Shown here: piece by piece, positions 12,146 through 23,700 of the stretch
Layout of the letters: the number at the start of each line of letters is the position of its first letter
Position numbering within the stretch: position 1 is the first letter of the stretch
Origin: Chiloscyllium plagiosum
Lineage: Eukaryota
Reading direction: 5' to 3'
DNA: 64,000 nucleotides
Assembly (NCBI RefSeq): GCF_004010195.1
Contig: NC_057750.1
Coordinates: 17,302,680 to 17,366,679, forward strand
The notes under the pieces: generated by a model
What the model was told of the DNA's origin: nothing
Databases searched by the model: none
What the model saw: the letters and a program-made list of their open reading frames with translations, nothing else
Program-made: the position numbers and the translations under genes

Positions 12146-13484
12146 GTTATGTTCTAAATTGGTGGATTGTAAAGCTTTAGCATAAAGTTCTGATTTTTTC
12201 ACACAACTGCCCAGGCTAATGCCCGAGGACATTGGTTCAAATTCCCTTCGTAAGGGAATTGTGAGTCAGCCCACAGCAGGTGGATTGCAGCGGTTCAAGA
12301 TGGCAGCTCACCAAGGAAAACTAGGGATGGGGAAATGTGTTTGGCCAACCAATGATGTCCATGTCCCACGAGTGAATTAAAAATGAATTTAAAAATTCCA
12401 ACCATGCCTGACAACAAAATTTGAATTAAATGAAAGTCTAGAATAAAAAGTTAGCCTAATGTTGCACATGTAACCACTGTTCATTGTTGTAAAAACCCTT
12501 CTGGTTCACTAATGCCCTTGAGGGAAGGAAATCTTCAACCATTGCCTGGTGTAGCTGACATGTGACTCCAGAACCACAACAGTGTGGTTGAGTTTTAATT
12601 GTTCTCTGGGCAGGTAGGGATAAGCAAATCTAAAAATAATCATCTCCAAGCAGACTAAGATGTTTGCATTTTTATGTCATAAACCATCCATGAACAACTG
12701 CAGACAAAGATTCACTAGTTACCCGTGATTCACATTACTGAAATGTGCAACATTATTGATGTGTTTGCCGCCTACCAATAGTGGCTGCATTTTGATGTCA
12801 TGAATTAAATGTGAAGTCTTTTGGGCATTTTCTGTTGCTTGAAAATGAGCAAAATAATCGTGAGGCCTTCTAAGTGCCTGCTGGATTCTGTAATTCATTT
12901 TGCTGGCAGTGTGTTTCTTTAAGGAGCAATAGGACAGTGCCTTGACCTGCCTATTTCTTTTATTCATGGTCACTGAAATCTGATCCCATTAAGGAACTGA
13001 GCGCAGGCAGCCATGGAACTGAGGGTGTATTTTCTTGCCAGCAGGCATTTTCCTGTCAGTCCTGTTTGGGTTGTTACGGACAGGAAAAGTCTTCATTTAA
13101 ATATTTGAATATCACCCTATAAGTAACTGTTAAGTGTGTGTGACGTCCAATGATTCATGAGAGAACTTTACTGTGTGTTCAGCCCATACACTTGCGACAG
13201 GAGTCAAGAATGCTGTGAAAAGGGAAGGCCATGTTTCACCATAGTTCGATTTGGGCTGATCTGTCGCACATCCCTCAGTTCCCTTCGCTAGCAATCTCTC
13301 AATTCCATTTCTGAAATCTTCAATTTATCTCTAAGCTCAACAGGGATTTTTAGAGATGCGGGAGTTCCAGATGTCCATTTCCCTTTATGTGAAGATGTGC
13401 TCCCTGACTTCAAGTCCTGAAGCTCTAGTGTCATGACTGCTCATTCTGGACATTCCTCACTGGAGGAAATGTCCTTTAGCTTAC

Positions 13485-14070
13485 CTTCATTGCTCAGTCC
13501 TTTGAGTATAGGAGTTAGGAAACCATGTTGAGGTTGTACAGGACATTGGTGAGGCCTCTTCTGGAGCACTGTGTCCAGTTCTGGTCACCCTGATAAAGGA
13601 AGGATATTATCAAGATGCAAAGGGTTCAGATTTACCAGGATGTTGCTGGATATGGAAGGTTTGAATTCTAAGGCTGGATAGGCTGGGACTTTCTTTCACT
13701 GGAGCATAGGAGGTTGAGAGGTGACCAGATAGAAGTCCATAAAATAATGAGAGGTATAGATAGAGTTAATGTTAGTCGCCTTTTACCTTGGAGGGGGGAT
13801 TTCAAGACTAGATAGCACATTTTTAAGGTGAGAGGAAAGAGATTTAAAAAAGACAGGCAAGGCAAATTTTTTTTATGTAGAGGGTAGTTTGCGTGTTGAA
13901 TGAACTTCCTGATGAAGTGGTGGATTCGGATGCCATTAAGGCATTTAAAAAACATTTGGATGGATACATGAATAGGAAAGGTTTGGGGGGGGTACGGGCC
14001 AGGAGCAGGCAGGTGGGACTAGTTTAGTTTGGGATTATGTTCGGCATGGAATGGTTGGACCGAAGAGTCT
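13485..14070 (+). mobile_element. CR1 LINE 3' end
   Basis: atgttgaggttgtacaggacattggtgaggcctcttctggag...ggttgagaggtgaccagatagaagtccataaaataatgagagg...; CR1 ORF2 C-terminus and 3' UTR. Confidence 0.88.
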
Positions 14071-14079
14071 AGTTTTTTT

Positions 14080-14374
14080 TAGATTACATTACAGTGTGGA
14101 AACAGGCCCTTCGGCCCAACAAGTCCACACCAACCCGCCGAAGCGCAACCCACCCATATCCCTTACCTAACACTACGGGCAATTTAGCATGGCCAATTCA
14201 CCTGACCTGCACATCTTTGGACTGTGGGAGGAAACCGGAGCACCCGGAGGAAACCCACGCAGACACTGGGAGAATGTGCAAACTTCACACAGTCAGTCGC
14301 CTGAGGCGGGAATTGAACCCGGGTCTCAGGCGCTGTGAGGCAGCAGTGCTAACCGCTGTGCCACCGTGCCGCCC
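14080..14374 (-). mobile_element. HE1/V-SINE, full length
   Basis: Reverse complement of the HE1 consensus from gggcggcacggtggc head to tail. Confidence 0.93.
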
Positions 14375-14412
14375 ATATTTCCATATTGTACGACTTTATG
14401 ACTCTTCATCTA

Positions 14413-14976
14413 TGTAGTTCTCCGATAACGCACATTTATTAAACGCAATTTGGTTGTAATGCGATTTGTGAATTGCACATGTTTTTTATAAAGCTGTTAC
14501 GCGTTTCGATCCCCGGCACGAGCTGAACAGCAAAACACAGCCTCAGGATCCTCTGTCTGCAAAATGCAAATTCAGTGTGTTCAGCTAAAACAGGAATGCA
14601 ATCAGCTCTGCAGGTCTTGAAACTGAGCTTAAGGATTGTAGTCTACATTTAGAAGGAGCTTTATTTCAAATTGGGGACAGGACTCCGTGTCGGCATCATC
14701 TGGTCAGTCAGCTTGCACGCTTTCTTTGCTGAAGAGCGTTGTGAAAGATACAGTGCTGTCGTCAGTGATTTTAGTGTTACATTTACTGTATAGTTACATT
14801 AAAATATATGATTTAAAGATTTACTTAGAATATGCTATTGCTTGCGTGAGGCTATTTTTGTTTCGATTTTTTACTGATATTTTTGTTGGTTTGCCCCAAC
14901 CTTATTTATATTGCATGATTTTCTGTAACACGGTGTCGCAGAATGAAACCACCGCATTTTAGGAAAACTACCTGTA
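14413..14976. mobile_element. Possible Tc1/pogo (Tigger-like) non-autonomous DNA transposon remnant
   Basis: Imperfect terminal inverted repeats (tgtagttctccgataacgc vs reverse complement ggtagttttcctaaaatgc, 14/19) with TA at the right end. Confidence 0.35.
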
Positions 14977-15176
14977 CATTCTCTAACCTGTCAATCATTT
15001 TATACTGAAAGGAACATAAGCCTTTTATGCAATCTGTTTTTATAATTTAATCCTTTTAGTCCCAATTTATTGTTAACATAGAAACAGGTAGAGGCCATTT
15101 TTCCCTCGAGCCTGTTTCATCATTCAGTGAGCTAGTACCAATTACTCACCTTTATCTCATTTTCTTGTATCATCAG

Positions 15177-15751
15177 TGTAGTGATTTGAATGAGGTCAGC
15201 CGGTTGGATCTCATGAGTCCGTTGATTGGGGTTGTAACCTGGTCCAATCAGAAAGGTAGAAACAGGAGTGTCCACGTATACACACACACACCATGGGTGC
15301 TGGGGAAAAAATAAGCACTACTGCACTTAGGTGGTAGTGTGGGGGTTAAATTATAAAAAAAAAAGAAAAAAAAGAAAGAAAAAAAAGAACCAGAGTGTTT
15401 CCGCGAAAAAAAAGAGAAAAAATAAACAGGGACCCTGCCTGCCCCTCTTCCAAAAAAAAAGAAACAGGAGTGTCCCCGTATACACACACACACCATGGGT
15501 GCTGGGGAAAAAATAAGCACTCCTGCACTTAGGTGGTAGTGTGGGGGTTAAATTTTAAAAAGAAAAAAAAGAAGAAAAAATAACCAGAGGATTTGATGTG
15601 AAGGGTACTGAAAAAAAAAGAAACAGGAGTGTTAGGGGTTCTGCTCACTGTGCAGTCGGCTGTGAGCTAGCTGGGTCAGTATCTTGTATTAACCACATGC
15701 AACCAAACGGTGACTTGGTGACGGGATACCAGCCTTTGTGGAGTTATTTCA
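15177..15751 (+). mobile_element. Solo LTR with nested poly(A)-tailed insertion
   Basis: TGTAG...TTTCA termini flanked by 5-bp TSD ATCAG (15172-15176, 15752-15756); internal duplicated insert 15272-15619. Confidence 0.8.
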
Positions 15752-18089
15752 ATCAGTTAATCAAAAATCTAACCATTTTAGATTTACAATTGACAATTGA
15801 TCTGGTATCAACCATCTATTCAAGAAGAATAATCCAAATTTCTTCCACCCTTTGCATCCAGAAGTGTTAAGAACTTCACTTCTGAAAGGCTTAACTGCAG
15901 TCTTTAGAGTTAAAATCTGCCTATAGTTGAAATCTGTATTTTTTCCCTTCCCTTAATCTATCAACATTGCTCTGTAGTTTTATACGCCTATCTATACTGC
16001 TTACAGTTGCTTATCTTTGTGTCATCAATAAACTTGGGATATTGGGCTTTCCATCCCCTTAACTCACTCACTGAATATTGATGCACCGCTGCAGATAGCT
16101 CTTTGATCAAGTGACACATCCTGCCAATTAGCCTAATCATCCATTATCCCTACTGTCTGTCTCCTGCTAATTAGCTAACTTCCTAACCAAGTCAATAATT
16201 TGTTTTCAAGTCCATGCACTTCACTTTTAGCTAGCAACCCCATAGGATGGACTTCACTAAATGCCGTATAAACATCCACTGACCTCATACTTTTGTTACC
16301 TCTTCAAATGATTCTCTGATTCAGACATCACATACATTTCCAAATCCATGCCGAACCCTCCTGAGCAGTTGAAAATTTTCAAGATGATCAATCACTCTAT
16401 CCATATTTATGGACATTGATAAGATCTCAAAAAAAAACAGAGGTTATGGGAACTAATCATTTCTCTCTGAGCAGTTTGTAAAGTTTTTACAGCTTGGGAA
16501 CAGGCCATCAGGTCACACAGTGATCAGTCACTGTGTGAGCTGCCTCCAACCCTTTATACACTGTACCTGGGCTGTAGTTCACATGCTCACACGGGGTTTG
16601 TTTTTAGCAAGGAAGACAGCTCACCAGCCCACATCCAAGCTGACCCCTACAACACGGGAGAGATGCTGAGTGAATGCCAAAACTGGTAACCATGCTTAAA
16701 CAAATCAATAATTATATTTTTAAGAGAAAATACTTTAATTAAACGAACATTACACTGCAGATGTTTGTTGTGGGCAGCCAATTTATGAAAGTAACCTTTT
16801 GAAAGTGTGGCCCAGGAAAGGGGGTTACTGCCTTAAAGGATACCCCTTTGCACATCATACGCACCTTCCCACCTCCAGGAAGATAGTATCCCCTCACCTT
16901 CTCTTCTGCAAAGGCTTTCATATCACTGTTCCATCCCCTCCACCTCCTCCCTCGCTGCCCAGTGCCCCAACTTTGTCTGAGTCTGGGCTTCCATTGGAGC
17001 CTTTATCCTGGGATTGGTTAAAATCCCATCAGCATCCGCGGCCACGCCCTGGCACTGCTGGACAGTCGGATCCTGGGTGGGCAGCTCCTGAGAGAGGGTG
17101 AGGACTGGACCTTCTACTCCACACTCACACAGAGTTATGGCTGCGGAGCAGATCTGGGAGTTCAGAGTCCGGCAACAATTTCCCTTCCCGGGGGACCAAG
17201 CAGTTTGCACGTCACCCCCACTAAACCCCGCCCCTCACCCTTCTAATTCTTTCTTTCTCAAATGTTTCGCCAGTTCTCTATCTATCCAGTTCATCATTTT
17301 CTTGTGGTCGTGAGTTATTCTGTGCATAAAGCCGGTTGTTCTGAATTCCCACATGGATTTATTAGTGAGGTTAACAGGAATAAAATAATTAGGAGCTGGA
17401 GTAGACTATTCAGCCCATTGAGTCTCCTGCACCATTCAATACTTGACTGACAGTAAACGTAGTATGGACTGGTGTGGAACCCCTGTGCTTTTATCTAGCT
17501 ACATCCCCCACCCCATACACCCTCCCTCCCTCCTCCAACCCCAGCCTTTGTATTCTTTATATCTTCTGATTCAAATGTTCACAGCCTGTGATCTATTTCT
17601 CAGTATTATTTCGGGAAGATTTCCACAGCTTAATTGTGTCTGTGGCTTTTGGTCCCAGTATTCGAGATCACTGGAGAGTCCACGCTGTCATATCAAAATC
17701 CTATCCTCTATTTTAGCAAAGTTGTTAACGGGTTTGCCCTTTAATGAACACAATGGAATTTGATGCACAAGACCACAAGAAATAGAAGCTGCTGTAGACC
17801 ATTCGGTCCATCAAGCCTGCTCTCTCATTCAACACAATCATACCTGATCTTGGGCTTCAACTCCACTTTTCTTGCCCACTCCCGATATTCCGTCATTTGC
17901 CAAGGGACCAAAACTCTGTCCCTTGACTGTGTTCAGTAATGAGTTGCGTAGTTAATGGAATGAAATTAGACATGTGCCTGGTTGTGGTCTCCCTCTTCAA
18001 ACACGTGATCTGCTCCAACAAATCCTTTTTATTTTCTTCAAGGCCTCTATCAGGTCACCCCTTAGAATCCTATTTTCAAGAGAAGTGAT

Positions 18090-18870
18090 TCTGAGCCTGT
18101 TCAAACTTTCCTGTTTGGCATTATCATTGATTCCGGTACCATCTGCAGTGCCACTTTATCTTTCTTATAATGCATTCCACCATCCTCTGAGTGAAAGATG
18201 TTGTCCTTACATCCTTGCCAAACCTCCTGCCCTTTGTCCTAAACTTCTGCCTGCTCGTTATTGGCCCTTCAACGAAAGTAAACAGCTGATTTCTATCCAC
18301 CCTGTCCATGCCCCTCATAATCTTATACACCTTAATCAGGTCCCCCCCTCAACCTTCTTGAGTGCTGCAATGGGAAAAAAACCAGAACCTAACTAGTCCC
18401 TCTTCCTAGCTAAATTCTCCATCACAGGCAACGTCCTGATGAATCTCCTCTGCACCCCCTCCAGGGCAATCACATCCTTTCTAGAATGCAGTGACCAGAA
18501 CTTCAGTTGTGGCCTCAACAAAGTTTTGTTCAGCTCCAACTTAGCCTTCCTGGTCTTATAATCTCTCCTGTGACTTATAAAAGCAACTGTCCCATATGCC
18601 TTCTTAACTATCCTATTAACCCATCCTGCCACCTTTAGGGATCTGTGGATATGCCCCCCACCATCCCTCTTCTTCTGTGCGCTTCCTGATGTCCTGCTAT
18701 TTATTAATTACTCCCGTGACTCACTACACCTTCCAAAGTGCATCACCTCACACTTATCAGGATTAAATCCCACCTGCCACTGATCTGCCCATCTGACTAA
18801 CCCATCTATATCTTCCTGTATTCTTCCTCAATTAACCATTCAGTCAGTCTTCATGTCATCTGAAAACTTA
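18090..18870 (-). mobile_element. CR1 LINE fragment (RT C-terminal half)
   Basis: Minus-strand VNRIVKKAYGTVAFI...LLRPQL..WSLHSRKDVIALEGVQRRFIRTLP and YKIMRGMDRVD. Confidence 0.88.
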
Positions 18871-18899
18871 TGTATCATTTCTCCACATTCTCACTACAC

Positions 18900-19214
18900 T
18901 GGGCTCAGTGGTTAGCACTGCTGCCTCAAAGCGCCAGGGACTCGGGTTCGATCCCAGCCTTGGGTGACTGCCTGTGTGGAGTTTGCATGTTGTCCCCGTG
19001 GTCTTTTTCTGGATGCTCTAGTTTCAACCCACAGTCCAATGATGTGCAGGTTAGGTGGATTGGCTGTGCTAAATTGTCATGTAGTGTCTAGGGATGTGTA
19101 GACATGTGAAATGCAGGGTTACAGGGAAAGGGTGAGTCAGGTGGTATGCTCTTTGGAGAGTTGGTGTGGATTCAATGAGCCATATGGTCTGCTTCCACAC
19201 TGTAGGGATTCTAT
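18900..19214 (+). mobile_element. HE1/V-SINE (older, diverged)
   Basis: tRNA-like head, V domain and ctgtagggattcta tail. Confidence 0.85.
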
Positions 19215-19351
19215 AAACAGTAAGGGATGGCAGTGAGGGGAGTGGGCAGCAGAAAGGGGGATGGTTAGTGAGACAGAAAGCCGGCTACTTGTTCAAGTGT
19301 ACTGGCAGAAGATTTATATGTTTTATTTATTGTCTGTCTTAACTTGCATTT

Positions 19352-19654
19352 TAGATTAGATTAGATTGCTTAGTGTGGAAACAGGCCCTTCGGCCCAACA
19401 AGTCCACACCGACCCTCCGAAGAGCAACCCACCCAGATCCATTCCCCTACACCTAACACTTACAGGCAATTTAGCATGGCCAATTCACCTGACCAGCACA
19501 TCTTTGTGACTGTGGGAGGAAACCGGAGCACCCGGAGGTACCCCACGCAGACACGGGGAGAACGTGCAAACTCCTCACAGACAGTTGCCCGAGGCGGGAA
19601 TTGAACCCGGGTGTCTGGCGCTGTGAGGCAGCAGTGCTAGCCACCGTGCCACCC
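19352..19654 (-). mobile_element. HE1/V-SINE, full length
   Basis: Reverse complement HE1 with (tagat)n tail. Confidence 0.93.
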
Positions 19655-20028
19655 ATTTATTTGTATTGAAGTTTATTTGTGAATTACAAACAGATTCTGC
19701 TAGTTGGTTAAAGTTTCTCTTATCACGAGTTTTCGTCTTTTTGTATTTTTGGTGGAAAGACTTGTGACAATGCATACTTATATTCTTAATATAGTGAAAC
19801 AGGTACAGTGTTTCACAGGTACATGATCAGTAATTGATTTGACATTAAGCTGCAAAGGAGACGTTAGGACAGTTGGTTGGAGAGGGCATTTTTAATAGTG
19901 TCTTAAAGATGAAGAGAGGAGAAGGGAGCTAGAGAGGTTCAGGGAGGCATTTCCAGGGTGTAAGACATGCTTGCATGAAGTGATTTAGAGATGCCTTTTG
20001 TTGTATGGCAGGCCAGCTTACACTGCTA

Positions 20029-20233
20029 CCAAAAGAGAAAATGCTGGAAACTCTGAAGCAGGTCTGGCAGCATCTGTAAGGAGAGAAAAGAGCTGACATT
20101 TTGACAAAGGGTCAGTTAGACTCGAAACGTCAGCTCTTTTCTCTCCTTACAGATGCTGTCAGACCTGCTGAGATTTTCCAGCATTTTCTCTTTTGGTTTC
20201 AAATTCCAGCATCCGCAGTAATATGCTTTCTTT
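20029..20233. mobile_element. Foldback element (family C), Penelope-like non-autonomous, hammerhead remnant
   Basis: Inverted arms ccaaaagagaaaatgctggaaa...gagctgac / gtcagctc...ttccagcattttctcttttgg; centre gggtcagttagactcGAAACGTC; 15-bp TSD cagcttacaStgcta (20014-20028, 20234-20248; 1 mismatch). Confidence 0.75.
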
Positions 20234-22104
20234 CAGCTTACAGTGCTATATGACTTGATGAAAGCTACTGCCATCATTCCCTTGAAGTGGATGATTCTGC
20301 AGAATCTAGTGTAATCAAGGAAAACCACTTCCTTGGTCTAACTGGAAGAGTCTTTTGTAACTAACAGATTCCAGGTTATTGCACGTTAGCAGCAAGTTAC
20401 AGTTTGCATTGAAGTGATAAACATTGTTACAGAGACTTTGAGGACAACCAGAAGTTAAACTTCGCTCCTTTCAGATCTAAAGCAGTTGTGCCCACTGGCC
20501 CATTTGACCAGCAGGTGCTAGTAATGGAACACCTCAGTAGTAACCATTTCAGACCCATCTACAGCAATATGAAGCCAGAATAAAGGAGCACAATTACCTC
20601 AGAGGCTTATAGTGCTGGAGGACGTTATGGAGATAGTATGAGAGAGACAAAGAAAGCGGGGGCAGTGAAGATGGCTTCTCTTGAAGAGTCTTTACTATAA
20701 CAAAGGACCATGCATTGGAAGAATTAAAAAAATTATTGATATACATTCCCTGAGCTGTGTAACAGCTGATACACGCCCTCCAGGTATATCTGTCAGTGAG
20801 AATACAGAAAGCCTGATTTACAGCATAAAGATAGAAATTAAAGTTGGTACTTTAGTAGTCTGTGTCACTGCTGGAGTGAAAGAATGCTGACGGAAGGATA
20901 ATACTGCAGCTGCTGGAAGGTAGGAAATGCTGGAGATCCTCAGCAGGTCAGGCAGCATACTGCCATTTCAGTCAGCTTAGCAATGTCGCAGGTTTGAAGC
21001 AAGTAGAAGAGCAGGAAACAGAAGGGAAGGTCAGCAATACCATGAGAAAAATGACAAAAGGAATAATTGGTGCAAGGCAAAATAGAATGGACCGAGTAAC
21101 GAAGCATTAGTTGGTAAAGGAGATGTAAATGGGAATAGTAGCATTATTAACATCAACTTCTGTACAGAATGATCAGAGCAGCTGTTTTTTTTCTGCTGAA
21201 ATAATGGAGCTCTTCACCATTTTAGATGTCCTTTTCAGATGTAGTTCATCCTATTGAGATCCAGACTTGATGCATTGGATCTTGCAGCTCAGACTGAGAC
21301 CACTCAGCCCTAGGGCTCTGCTGGCACTCACATCAAGTACTCCAATTTGACGCATGCCCAGCTTTCTCCCCATAACTCTGCAAATCGGTCCTCTGCAAGT
21401 TCAAAACTGGTTCTCCTTTGAAAGCTCCAGTGAAATCTGTGTTCTCTGCTGTTGACTCTCCTCTCCCCGGTTTAAACCGGTCATACAGGACTCAAACAGA
21501 ATTTGAAACCTAACGGGCTCTTCAAGATGAAAGACACCACAAATGTTGATGTTTTATCAAATATAGCGAATTCTGGATTAATTTGGTGCACTTTCAGCAG
21601 CTTTTTGCAATTGACTCTGAGGAAAGTCTGGGCTGGAATTTAAGGGACAGGCTCATATTCCCCACCCTACCCCATTGAGAGGGAAGTATGTGTCCAGCCT
21701 GCCCACCTTCTAACCCAGCTCCTGCCCAGTGATGTTACGCTGGGTGCAGCCTGAATTGTTTCAGAGAGGGATGTCTGCTCACCTCTGCCTGGGTGAATGT
21801 CAGATCCCAGAGAATGATTTGAATAACAACCACGGCAGCAGGAGGTTTGGGTAGTTTGCTGTGGGCCTTAATGAGGAGAGGCTCTTGTCTTGAACAAGAT
21901 GTGGTTTATCACAGGAAAGCAAACTTGTACAAGTAACATGAGCAAGATTAACATTGTTACTCAGACTAGGAGGAGACCTGTGGGTGGTCTGTCTCCACTC
22001 CATGAGATCCTCAGATGTTCTGCCTTGTCCCTACTGAAACCAGTATGATATCATCAGCTTGGTGGAGGTTAATGCAATCTCCAAAATTAACCCTTTCAAA
22101 AACC

Positions 22105-22525
22105 ACTATAAGGAGAGACTAGATGGGCTTAAATTGTTTGCTGTAGAGCAGAGAGGGATGGGGTAGGGGGTGGTATATGATTGAGGTGTGTAAGACATGA
22201 GGGGTATGGACAGGTTGAATAGAGAGTAGCTGTTGCCCTTGGTTGAGGGGGTCAGTCAAGAGATAGTTTTAGGGGAAGGGGCAGGCAATTCAGAGAGGAT
22301 TTGGGAAAAATGTTTTCACTCAGTGGGTGGTGGGAATCTGGGAACATACTGGAGGCCAGAAATCTTAAAACCGTTAAAAAATACTTGTATGAGCACTTTA
22401 AATATCTAACATTCAAGGACATGGGACAAGTGCAGAAAATTATGATTAGCGCGCCTTTAGTGGTAGTTATGCCAGACTTGATGGGCCGAAGGATCTTTTC
22501 TGCCTTGTATGAATCTATGAGTCTA
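22105..22525 (+). mobile_element. CR1 LINE 3' end
   Basis: gattgaggtgtgtaagacatgaggggtatggacagg...ttgatgggccgaaggatcttttc tail. Confidence 0.8.
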
Positions 22526-23249
22526 TCTGTGAATCTATTATAGAACATATTCCTCCCCTGCCCCAGCTTTTCTCCCAAAACATTCGAACATTCATGTATA
22601 TAATTAAATTTACCACTAACCAATCTCCTCCAAGCCCTGATTTCACAAATTCAAGCAGTCTGGAGTTTTCACAATCTCCCAGAACACTTTCCATTTGGAC
22701 TTTGATGATTAGTAGGGATTTGGTTTGAAGATGGTTGACCTTGATTCAGTTCTTGTCTCTGAGTTTTACGTCTCTCCACTGGGAAGACCTCTTACGTCTT
22801 CAGTTTCTTTTCCTGGGGATGTCATTCCTGCGAAACCATGGAGTCGATCCCTATCCATCGGACTCTTCATTTTCTGAATTTCTTTCACAGTCTTCCCTCC
22901 TGAATGTGCTCCATCACATCATGGTGGGGAGTTGGGGGTGGGAGGTGAGGGGTTGGGGGGGGGATGTTAAATCTCATGAATGCACTTCATGTAAGAGCAC
23001 TGCTCTGTTGGAACAAATTTTTTTTTTGCCATCTCCTGCATTTCTAAGCCGAGCAGTTTCATCTCGACAATGTCCTAGTTCTCTTGCAGATAGTTTCTTC
23101 TTGCCTGGGTGCTGGATCTGTGCATTTTTGGTCGTCCCAAAATTGGCTCCTGTAGAGTTGCTTGCAGCTGATCTTCAATCTGTGTAAGCAAACTTCATTC
23201 TCAATCTAGTGATAGATCTGAAGTATGCAAACTCTTGGCCTCACCAGTT

Positions 23250-23700
23250 ACAGGAAGAATATTATCATGCTGGAGAAGTTTCAGAAGAGGATGTTGCTGG
23301 GTATGGAAGGTTTGACTTATAAAGAAAGGCTGGAATTTCATTTCGCTGGCGTGTAGGAGGTTGAGAGGCGACCTGATAGAAGTTTGTAAAATAATGAGAG
23401 GTAGAGTTAATGGGAGTTGTCTTTTCTGTAGGATGGAGGATTTCAAGACGAGGGGGCAAGGTGAGAGGAGAGAGATTTAAAAAAGATATGCAAGGCAAAT
23501 CTTTTACATGGAGCGTGGTTCGCGTGTGGAATGAACTTCCCGAGAAAGTGGTGGATGAGGATGCAATTACAACATTTAAAATGTTGTACAGATACATGAA
23601 TAGGAACGATTTGGAGGGATATGGGCCAGGAGCAGGCAGGTGGGACTAGTTTAGTTTGGAATTATATTCAGCATGGACTGACTGTGCTGTATGACTCTGA
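23250..23700 (+). mobile_element. CR1 LINE 3' end
   Basis: KVRGERFKKDMQGKSFTWSVVRVWNELPEKVV; same subfamily as 13485-14070. Confidence 0.85.

Noticed and set aside
16513..16538. Perfect 11-bp hairpin containing CACAGTG/CACTGTG (RSS heptamers)
   Set aside because: No nonamer at 12/23 spacing, orientation is not a signal joint, and no antigen-receptor segments nearby.
17668..17690. SLESPR peptide resembling SNAP-25 exon 3 (SLESTRR)
   Set aside because: Match ends after five residues, no in-phase AG acceptor or GT donor at the expected 42-bp distance.
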